A program made the translations under genes and the position numbers. Below the pieces are notes generated by a model. The model was not told where the DNA came from. It searched no databases and saw nothing but the letters and a program-made list of their open reading frames with translations. Below are positions 49,301-61,300 of a stretch of DNA of 64,000 bases, piece by piece; positions within the stretch are counted from its first letter, which is position 1, and the number at the start of each line of letters is the position of its first letter. The stretch comes from Hypanus sabinus (taxonomy: Eukaryota): the NCBI RefSeq assembly GCF_030144855.1, contig NC_082719.1, positions 81,716,001 to 81,780,000 of the forward strand, in the 5' to 3' direction.

Positions 49301-52300
49301 AATACAAGCAGATAATTATTAAACTGCAAAGAAGATGACAATTAAAATTAAACAGACCAATCCCACAGTATTTAGCTGTGTCTTCCACTTGTCTTTCAAA
49401 CACAAATAGCTGCCTTTAAAATGTACATCTCAACATCAAAAAAATCCAAATTAAAGCTTTCAACACTATCATGCTTGAACTTAAACTAAATAGATGAGGA
49501 AAACAACTACTTAATCATCTACCCGCAAAAGATAAAAATTTGCATTAAACACCCCCCTCCAGTAGCAAAACATCTGAAGCCTCTGAACAGACCTTTACTG
49601 AAAAAAACTGTCATCCAGCCGCACACAGAGATACTGCAGAAGAACAAAAGTTTGGACAGAGATAGGTTCTATGGAAGAGAGACCTGACACATGGAGGAAT
49701 TTAGTGAGAGAAATCTGGTGGTTTTGGTGTTTTAGTGAGATAAGTATTATGAAGGATTGAAATCAGAAGCTTAAAAAGCCAGAAATGGAGGAACACATTT
49801 ATCAGAGTACTGCAATGAAAGAAATAAAACCATTTAGAAAAAGGAATAAAAGCTTTTAAAACTGAGACATTGCTTACACAGATCTGGAAATACAGAAGCA
49901 AGGTTAAACACCATATGGCAAAAGTTAGGACATGAATAGCCCAGAATTCTGCATGAATTTATAGAGGGTTAATTGTGAGAAGCCACCCAGAAGTGCACGG
50001 GGCGTGCAGAAGAAGCAGCTCAAGGCATACAAAAATCGTGAAGAGGTGCCAGCCTAGCTGAGGTGTATTACAGGTCTACGTGCACAAATAAACAACAAAA
50101 ACTGCACAAAATAAAACTAAAACACACAAAATGCTGGAGGAACTCAGGAGGTATGGCAGCATCTATGGAAAGGAATAAAGTGTTGATGTTTCAGACTGAG
50201 GCCCTTCAGCAGGACTGGAAAGGAAGGGTGAAGAAACCTGAATGAGAAGGTATGGTGGGTTGGGGGGGGGGGGGGGGCGGGGGAAAGAAGGATTACAAGC
50301 TAGAAGGTGATGGGTGAAGCTAGGAGCAGGGGAAGGCAAGTGTGTGACTTCTCCCCCTTCCCCCTTCTTCCATTCCCTACTCTGGCTCCCCTCTTATCTC
50401 TTCTCCTCACCTGCCTACACTGCAAGTTAAAAAAAACAATTATAACAGTGAAGTGGATCCTGAGTGAACTCAGGGAGTAAATCTCTAGTAATTTACCTGG
50501 AAGACCATTTAATGTGTGAATTATGCTATCTGAACTTTACAGATGATAGAAATATTTTAGTTGTAATCTTTCTGAGATTGCCATAAATCACTTCTTTTCC
50601 AAGAATTTATCTCATAGTTCAGCCCTCAAGTTTCTGCCTTATTGCTTTTGAAACTGTCCCTAACACTTGTATGATGGCTGAAATAAATTTCAAATTGCAG
50701 AACAATTCAGCCCCATTATCACACAGAACACCTAATTGCAAATTGCAAATCATTCTATTTGCAAATGGTGCAATATCACTTAAGAATGTGAAAACTATAT
50801 CCAACTGAATGTTCTTAGTCACGTAAAGTATTAATCAAGTAAAAGGAACAATATTAATAGAAATTAGTTAAAATATAATTATCATATACATAACACCTTT
50901 AACATTGCAAAATGTTGCAAAACGATTCAGTAACATATCAAATATATTGCATCAAAAATGGAAATATAAGGACTTATCTGGAGACAGGTTTTCAGGAAAG
51001 ACAGGCAGCAGTGTTTGAGAGAATTGCTTTATAGTGGAACCCAGATGACCAATGGCAAGAATAAATTTAGTATTCTTATTCTTCCATGAGAAAGTTATAT
51101 TCCAAAATGCACAGGTGTGGACCATAACATTACGGTCTGAGTTTTATTCCAAACTTGGGGAGAGTAGAATTTATGATTTTGGAAAGCTTGGAGAAAATGC
51201 ATTTTACAAACCCTGAGTATTAAAATTTCAGAAAAATTAGAACTCTGAACTTAATCCTTACCTGACATTAATGCATGTAGCCACTTTTTCTGTCTGAACC
51301 ACTTGTAAGGCAGCTGGATTTATTTCATTGGAGAGCTTCCATGCTCCACAATGGTAGTCAGAGCGAACCCCTACAAAAACTGCCATTTGGAAAAAAAGTT
51401 TGGTGAACAAATAAGCATGATTTATTAACAAACCATTTTAAAATTAGAAAACTAATTATATTCATATGCACAAATTTATTTCGTTTTTTAAAAATCAACA
51501 TAGCCACAGAGTGAGCCATACAGGCAATGACTCAACACAGTGCATTAAACAGAGGGGTACAATAGCTTTACATGTTTGTGGAATTGGACAATAAACAGGA
51601 AACTGTTTAAAGAAAGTCATCTTTTGGATCTGAATGTAAGAGGGCTCGCAATAAGACACTGGCATCTTTCATTGGCATTAATCTGAAAAGTAACTCTATG
51701 GTACCAAATATCAAAAGGAATGGCATTATAACAAAAGTGGAATATTCTTTAAATACTTTGTATGTGAGGTATTTCACTGCTAAGAAAGTCAGCTTTATAT
51801 ACCCAGAATACATCTGCCTCTTTAGATGCTCTTAAACAGTGATACTGTACAATTTAAGTTATTCCTCAGTCAACTGTATTCCTAACAGTGAGAATCTGTT
51901 GTCAATCGTTAGCATAATTATTACAATACTTCCCATCATATGTAGTTTTGAGACACCAGTATGCTAAACCTCCAATATAAATGCAAGTTTTTCTTTTTTC
52001 CATTTAAAATAAAATATTGAAAAATATGAAACATTGCAAATATAATCGTTCTCATCTACTATTACCTTCTTCCTCCAAAGCACTAGCATTGATTTGGTGA
52101 ATTCTGCCCTTCAGTTCAAATTTCACTGGCTTAAATTTCACGTTCAATTTTGGCATTTTATCTTGATCATAACTCAGTGCAACTTTATGGAAATCTGATG
52201 CTTATGCATAAAGGAACATTAACAACAATGATAAAAAAAAGTAAATGTTCATGTTTCATGCCTCTCATTAATATAACAGAATGGTAAAGTCAAGACTATT

Positions 52301-55300
52301 ACTTTATAGCTCTCTGACCTCTTCAGTATCATGAACCAAAATAAACTTGTACATTAAACTTACCTTTGGCAGAATACCAAGTCCTAATGCTAAATTCAGA
52401 AAATACAAAAGATGAGTTGATCTTTATTCCACAAGTAAACATCCAACAAGCATATAATAGTACAGTGCAAGCCTCAAAATAGAGGGAACTGAAAAAAAAA
52501 AGTTTTGTTTGAAACAGAAAAAGAATTTGAGAAGTATTGATGTACCTTTTGCTTTAGCATCAGTTTTGGATTTTAAATACGAGTATTTAATGTACTGACA
52601 GTTTAGTGCATTAACAAGGAATATGCACCTTTAGGTAAGACAGTAAATGGTAATTATGTTCACTAACACATTAATCTGCCATGGCAAAATGCAAAAAGAC
52701 CTGAGGCTTCCCCTCTAAAGCACCTTTCATCCTTGACTTGATCAACTTTGGTATTTGGCACACTGCTATGATAAATTTGCTGCTGCACTTATCTGTAGAG
52801 AGCAGTAATTCCATTTCAAATACCATGTCAAGCTCTGTGGGTGGAATAAGGTACTGTTACAAATTTAGACTCTTGACATCCCATCAACATCACCCAAAGA
52901 TTGATGTACCACCCCCCTTCAGGCCATTCCACTTGGGCTCTTGCACTAATACTATCTTTTGTAACTGTATCTGGTATTGTAACTATGTGCTGTGTGCACT
53001 GTGTGCTACTGCATGGTATGTACAGTGTTTTGCACCTTGGCCCTGAAGGAACACTATCTTATTCCTCTTTTTCCTCCCTACAGGTCTCTTAATTCCTTCT
53101 CTTCAGATGCATATCTATCTCCCTTTTAAACTCTACATATGAATCTGTTTCACTAACATGCATACTGAACTGTAAAGAACTTCTTTCCTCAAATCACTTT
53201 CAGCCCTTAAGAAAATCATTTTAATTCTACACTCCCTGGTCCATGACCTTATCACCAATGAGATAATAATTAAGGCAGTGTCTTTTTCTCTTTAGACATG
53301 TACAATTTTGGACAAAATACAAAACAATGAACACACTAAGTTACCCCAGATTCATGAGTTATCTTACTTAAACAATCTGATTTCTTACTACCAACCTAAA
53401 AGCTGAACTTTTTAACCCGGCTAGAGCTCAGTTTCATTGGGTTCCTGTGTAAGTCCTGGTGAGAAACCCAATGCCTGCGAGATTGAGTCTGGGGCCAAGG
53501 ACTGGAGGTCTGTCTGTCTGTGAAAAAGGGCTAGCTTTGGCATTATTGTCCTGTTTTGTTCGTTTGTTCTTGTTGTTGCTGCTGTTTTTGTTGTCTGTGT
53601 TTTGTGGTTTGTTGTGCTGTTGCGTTGAACGTTGTGTACGTGCAATGTTGGCGGTGGAATGTGTGATGACACTTGTGGGGTGCCTCCAGCACACTGTGGG
53701 ATGCATTGGTTGTTAACACAAATGACAAATATTGCTGTATGTTTCAATGTGCGCAAGATAAATAAATCTGAATATGAATCCATCATTAAACTGAAATACT
53801 TGTTTTCAATTTCTCTACCCAAGATCATCTCTCATTTTTAAGCTTCCTCCAGTCCTTCTGACATCCAGGATCATTATATCCTTGCACTGCTGGCCTCTTT
53901 AAACTCTGACTATACTTGCTATACCCATAATGGCCATGGCTTCTGTGTCATTCACAAAACTCCAAAATTCCCACACCAAAATCTTTTCCAGCCTTCAACC
54001 GCATTAAGATGCAGTGTAAATCCTAACTTTGGACTAAGCATTCAGTCAGCTGACAACTACTCAGAAGGATACTCAGCAAGTTCATGGAGTTGCTGCCCGG
54101 ATAGATCAAACATCCATCTTCAGAATTGGCCCCTTTGGAAAAGGGGCAATATACCAGAGCTCCTCCAGTGGCAGAGTGATCAAACAGAAGTTTGTTCCTT
54201 TGAATCTTCATTTCTTCATGAATATTTTCTGCCAGTAAGTCTGGTGGAATGTCAAAAATAGACTCCCGCAGCAACAGATTCAAAAGTCTCGCATGTTTGC
54301 TCGCACTAGAAAGAGGGCATCTATATAAAACAGAATAAATGCTTAGAAGACAGTGATCTGCAAACTTAATTGAGATCTTAACAAAACTGACATTTAATAC
54401 AAACAAGATTTTTTTTGGCTTAATAATTACTAATAAAGGACAGCATCTGTGATGAATCATCAACAGCATATGAACTTAAGGAACTTTGAATTTTGTGTTT
54501 ATTATTTATAAACTGCAGCATTACAATCCAGTGCATAAACTACAGATGTCAGTACTTAGGCAGAAGCCATTGTAAATGATTTTCCTGGAGCTAACGTACA
54601 ATTTTTTTTGAAGATTGTTGTTTAAACAAGGACTTTGGAAAATATAACTCCAAGAAATATATCTCCACAAAAGCATTACTGACACTAGAAATCAAGTCAA
54701 TTAGAAAATGCAAGAAAGGTTCAACAGATCTGGCAGAATCCAAGAAGAAAATCAATATTTTCAGATCACTAACCACCTGAATATGTCAGTGACCTGGAAC
54801 ATCAATTGTTTTCCTTCCACAGATGATGTCATGCCAGAGTTGTTTTTAGATGAGAAAGCTCTATAGGGAGAACAATTTCATAAGATGTTCCCTCCAAGAT
54901 AAATTCTTACCCTCTCTTTTTTACACGCTCTGTGAATACTCTCAAATGGTTTACATTTACTGCCGTCTTCCTTGCATTTCCCTTGAAGAAAAAACACAAT
55001 CAGATTAACAAGCATGTTAAATTATTCCTCCACATTCATACATGTGCAGTGCTAAAAATTATGAAGGCAAATGTAATATTAAACATTGAAGATCTAACAA
55101 ATTGAAGCTGTGGGCTGCAATAAATTTGGGGAAGATGAATGAGCAAAAAAGAAACAATAAATAGCATAACGTACAAAAAAAACAGAAAAAAAAATCATCA
55201 GTCATTGGAAAAGTGTTAGGCTACAATCGGTCAACGATCAGAACAATTTTAAAGGATAACGTGAGAATAGTGGAGGCATGTGAAGGCCCTGTCCTGATGA

Positions 55301-58300
55301 AATTATTACTAAGCAACGCAGTCGTTTAATTATTGAAATACATGTTTCTTAAGTGTTTTATATGCATAGAAAGGTAAAACATATACTATATACTAAGACA
55401 AATGTTTGACTAACTGACACTAAATAATACCGGATGTATCCGTTCTGAATTAGAGAACTTCCGTTTTTTTAAATNNNNNNNNNNNNNNNNNNNNNNNNNN
55501 NNNNNNNNNNNNNNNNNNNNNNNNNNNNNNNNNNNNNNNNNNNNNNNNNNNNNNNNNNNNNNNNNNNNNNNNNNNNNNNNNNNNNNNNNNNNNNNNNNNN
55601 NNNNNNNNNNNNNNNNNNNNNNNNNNNNNNNNNNNNNNTGCTGGAGAGAGAACTTCCAGGCTTTCCCAATCCATGGTTGGTTGAATCCACGCATGCAGAA
55701 CCCGCAGATAAGGAGGGCCGACTGTATGTGAAGAGGCTGCTAGGATGGGTCAAAGCATATCCCTGCTGTGACATAAACTTTTATATTTCAATGAATTTGC
55801 AGTGATTCTCAACTTTAAGATAGTCCTGGCAAAGCAAAATTGAGTTGTAGACAGAATAGTACAAGGAGTGGCCACATCAGAGACTCAAAATGCTCATATA
55901 TATTATGGGTTCTGACATTTCACAACAGATTTAATTTATAACAACAGAACAATGACAAATATAATGACACATGGTGCTTCAGGGGCTTATCGGAAAAATA
56001 TCACACTGGGTCTGGAGAAGATCAAGTGTTGGAAATTAAGACAAATAACAATAGGTGAATGGTGACCACATAAACTGACTAAATGTTTATCATTTCTCAA
56101 AATACAAAAAAAAAATTAGCACAAACCGATCAACCTAGTTCTTCAACCTTCCCATTTTGTCCCTCTCGACATTACTCATAACCAGCATAAGTCCCCCTTT
56201 GGGACATTATCCACATGAACATATTAATATTTGGATACTATCAATATTTCCAGCATTGGGGATAGTGCAGGAAGTGAGACAAAAATCTTAATTTCAAAGC
56301 ACAACCATTTCCAGAATTACTGAGAACTTATTTTTCCCCTTTTTCTAAACCAACTGAATGTTAAATTGACAGCATTTTGTTTTATTCTGATTATTTACAG
56401 CTTAAACATTGGTATATTTAATATTTCAATTACAGACAGTGAGAAAGTTTCCAGTAAAGAAAAATCTACCCTATAAGGAGGTTTTATGGAATTTTGTTTG
56501 TTGTCTTTCTTTATTAAAACTGTAAATCAAAGTTCTATGCAAAACAGTTTGCTAGTTAGTGTGAAACACACATTTAGGAGACAAATTGGTTTCTGGAACA
56601 ATGCACCAAAGTAAGATTAATTCTGTAATTTAGTATGGATTTCTAAATGTAACATTAAAATCAAAGCATTCTTCTCTTAAAGCAAGAAGAATAGATTGTT
56701 CAAAATAATCTTTAAAAATAGTCCTTACCCTGAGAACAGATTCTCCAAAGTAAAAGTGCTCTTCCAGCAGCTTGCCCATTGAGCTGAAGGCATCATTAGA
56801 ATGATCAAGGAAGAAGTTAGCCATCTTCAAAGTTATAAAAAGGACACCAGTGACAATATTAACATTCTCAGAAATAGAAATAAAACAAACTCTTTCTCTC
56901 GATTATAAATCATTATATAAATTCTTCAGAATATCATGCACAATTTCAGACAGAATAACTGTAAAGCCTGTACAATATTAGATACAATTATTCCTGCAAC
57001 TTGATATGCATGTTAGAAACTTCTTAAAGTTAGCAGTAATTAAATCAAGCAAGCCACATTTCACTTGACACAAATAAACACACTATTGTATGAGTAACTG
57101 AATATTTCAATGAAAAAAATTCGACTATCTAACCATCATCACAAAAGTTATTAAATTATAAGCCAAGTAGCTCACAGGAGGCATATACCATAACTAAACA
57201 TGGAGAAAATTCAAAAATCCGCAGAGCATAGGGACTTGGAATCCTTGTGCAGATTGAGTCAGTGGTGCAGAAGGCAAGTGTAATGTTAGCATTCATTTCA
57301 AGAGGAATGGAATATAAAAGCAAAGATGTAATGCTGAGGCTCTCTCAGGCACTAGTGAGGCCTCACGGAGTATAGTAAGCAGTTTTGGGCCCCTTATTTA
57401 AGAAAGTATATGCTGACATTAGAGAGAGTTCAGGAGGTTAACAAGAATGAATCCTGGAATGAAAGGCTTATTGGATGAGGAGTGATTGATGGCTCTGGGT
57501 CTTTACTCACTGGAATTTAGAAGAATGAGGGGTGAATCTCAATGAAACCTATTGAATGTTGAAAGGCCTGGATAGAGTGGATGTGGAGAGGATATTGCTT
57601 ATGGTGGGGGAGTCTAGGACCAGAGGCCACAGCCTCAGAGTAGAGGAACAGTGCTTTAGAAAGGCGAAGAGGAAGAATTTCTTTAGCCAGAGGCTAGTGA
57701 ATCTGTGGATGTGGAGGTCAGGTCATTGGGTATATTTAAGGCGAAAGTTGATAAGTTCTTGATTAGTCATGGCATGACGGTTATGAGGTAAAAGCAGGAG
57801 AATGGGGATGAGAGGGAATGGATCAGCCAAACGTTTTAATTCTGCTCCCAAGTCTTATGGTTTTAGACAAGGCATTGAAAACAGGATACAGGATACTTGC
57901 CCTCATTAGCTGACACACAGAAATCGTGTTAAGGCCTTATAAAACATTGGTTACACCACAGCTGAAATATTGCTTGTGGTGCTGGTTGCCACACCATAGG
58001 ATATATATGCTTGGCACAGGAATGGGTGCCGAAGAAATTCACCAGATTGTTGTTGGGGTGGGTGGAATGTGCTGTACATTCTACTAAACTACCATGAAGC
58101 GCAAATTTATCACTTAAACCCAAGTTACAGCTTTTCCCAAAACGTACCTGCTCTGTGAAATTAAGTGGACCCATTGTCATTGCTTCTGTTTTTTCACCTG
58201 TTATTATCCTCCCAGTGTAAGTCAGCTCTTCTAGGCTTACTGGACGGAATTTGCACCCTTAAAAACAAAAAAATAAAAATACTTTAGGACAAATAAAATA

Positions 58301-61300
58301 ACACACATGCTCTAGACCCTTCCCCCCCCCCCAATTAGGGAGTTTCTTTTAAACAAGTTAAAATGCTTTATGAGAAATGTTGTAACAATTTTTAAAATAT
58401 TCTTTTTCATTTACTTGTATTTCACAAATAACTTCAAAGCTAATTGGCAAAAATCTGTTACGTGGCAGAAATGCTATAAATGCACATACATAAGGAGGGA
58501 CAATTTGACAGATACTCTTGAGGTAGTTTTTTTTCTTTTCCGGAAAATCATGACAGGTACCACACCACACTTATTCCACTGGGTTTATCTTTCACTAGCA
58601 TCACACCTAATGGATCAGCCTTCCTGAAAGCTTATACTGAACAGTATCTGGTCATAAGAATTGCACTATCACACCAACGTCATTCTCATCTAAAATCCCT
58701 ACATGCATACTTTGTCTGATAAATACTTTGTCTTGCATACTCTGATAAATGGTCATGTTAAAGGAAAAGCTAAAACTTAACCAGAAACGTCATCTCCTTT
58801 TCAGATGGTTCCAAATGAATTAAAGGCTAAGAGCACTTTAGAATTGCAATTATTAATTTATATTAAAGAATTATTTATAATCAGTAGATCTTTGACTTTC
58901 AATTCTGATGGAAAATAATCAGCCTCTCTAGATGCTCTTTGACTTGCTCAGTTCTGTTCTGTTTCTCTAATATATGCCTTCCAAATTCAGAGTACTTTGT
59001 TTTGGTTCCCAATATTACAAACCAACAAACTACCAGCAAAGAGTTCTCTTAACACTTATTTCACCTATAATCTATTTTCGATACACTACGTTATTAACAA
59101 CTTAGCAAGTGAAATCAAATTTACATTACCTGTTTTGGCTGGAAGTAGTGGAATTGGAACTGGTTCCAATGGTTCCCAGTTCTCTCGTTTCAAACATCTT
59201 AAGGCTGACCATTTCAATTCTGATACCTGCAATTGCAGTAGTGTGCATTTGTAAACCAAACATTAAAAGTTGATTCAAGAAACTGCAACAATTAAAGATT
59301 TAAAATTAATCAAATGCTATTAAAAATGCATGCTTTAGAGTGGCCAGAAATGCTGATGAGGCAATTATAACTCACTTAAGTCTGTATGTTACTCAATTCT
59401 GAGACATTTTGGTGAAACCACATCAGAAAACAGTATTTTTCTCCTTATTTAAGAAATGGATGTCAATGTGCGGGAAACTACTCAGAAAAGGTTATTAAAA
59501 TAAGCAGGTTGTGTAATGAGCAAAAGTTGGACAAGTTAGGCTTGCGTCTCGGAGTTTCTAAGAGTGGAAGAGAATTTAATTGAAACATGGAAGATCCTAA
59601 GAAGACTTAAAAGGATAGATATGCTGAATCGGGTATAATATCATTGTCTCATATGGCATCAAATTTTATTTTGTGGCAGCAGCAAAGCGTAAAGACATAA
59701 AATTACTACAAATTACAAAATAAATATTGCAGAAAAATGAAATGATTCCTTGTTTGCACTACTTATTCAGAAATCTGATAGCAGAGGTAAAGTAGCTGTT
59801 TCTGAATTGTTGATTGTGGGTCTTCTGGTGGGTACTTCCACCTTAAATGATAATGAGAAGAGGGCATGTTTCAGATACAGTATTAATGATCCTAAATTGC
59901 CTTTTGCAGGCATTGCCCCTTGAAGATGTCCTCAATGGTGGAGAATGTCGTGTTCATGATGGAGCTAGCAATCTACAACCCTCTGTGGCCTCATGCAATC
60001 CTGTGCATTGGAACCTCCATACCAGGCTGTATTATAATCAGTCATACATCTACAGAAAGTTGTAAGTCTTTGACGGCACACAAAGTTTGCTGGTGTGCCT
60101 TCTTTGAAATTGCATCAATACAGAGGGCCCTGAATGGACCTTCCATGATGTTGAAATCACAGCTTCTAAAAGCTGCTCACTCACCCTTTCCACCATGGAC
60201 ACACCAATGACTGGAGCATGTTCTGCAGACTTCCCTTTCCTGAAGTCCACGATCAATTTCTTACCTTACTGCCGTTGAGGTCGAGTTTGTTGTTGCTTCA
60301 CTACTCAACCAATCTACCTCACTCCTGTACACCACCTTGTTACCATATGAACTTTTGCCAACAATAGAGGTGATATCTGTGAAATTATAGATGGTATTTG
60401 AGATGTGCTTAGCTGCATAGTCATGAGTGTGGAGAGAGAGAAGAGCAGTGGACTAAACACACAACTTTGAGCTGTGCCTGCTTTGATTGTCAGTGAGATG
60501 TCATCACCAATCTGTTCAGACTGCAGTCTCCCAATAAGTCAGTCAAGAATCCAGTGACACAGGGAGATACAGAGGCCTAGATTTAGAAGCTATGAGTTTA
60601 GCACTGAGGGATAATGGTATTGAATGCTGAGCTACAACTGAAAAACAACAGCCTGATGAATATTCTGCTCGTCTAGTACTCCAAAACAGAGTGGACAGCC
60701 AGTAAGGTTGCACCTGCTGTATACCTGTTGCGGCTCCAGTACCAAAGCGGGTAGTTTCTTACTCAGGCAGGAGTTAATTCTAGCCATAAATAACCTCTCT
60801 ACGTACTTCATTACAGTGGATATGAGTGCCACCGGTCAATAAGCACTGAGCCAGCTCACCTTACTCTTCTTATGCACCAATATGATTACTGCCCTTTTGA
60901 AGCAGGTGAAAACCTCAGAGCGCAGCAGTGAATGGTTGAAGATGTCCTTGTGTACTCCAGGCAGTTGACTGACACAGATTTTCAGTACCCAGCCAGGTAA
61001 ACCATTGGGGCCTGACGCATTGTGAGAGTTAACCCTCCTGAAGGATATTCTGACATTAGCCTCTGAGACAGAGATCACAGGGCTGCCAGATGCTATGGCA
61101 AGAGAAATTCTTCCTTCCAAAGCATGCATAAAAGGCACTGAATTCATTAGGAAGTAAAGCATCACTGGCATTTATGCTGTTACATTTCAACCTCATAGGA
61201 AATAATGGTAAAGTATTTCCATTTATAGAAGAATATTCAACAAGGGTTACTTTAAAAATAAAGGAATTCATTTAAGACAGATAAAGTGAAATTTATTCTC

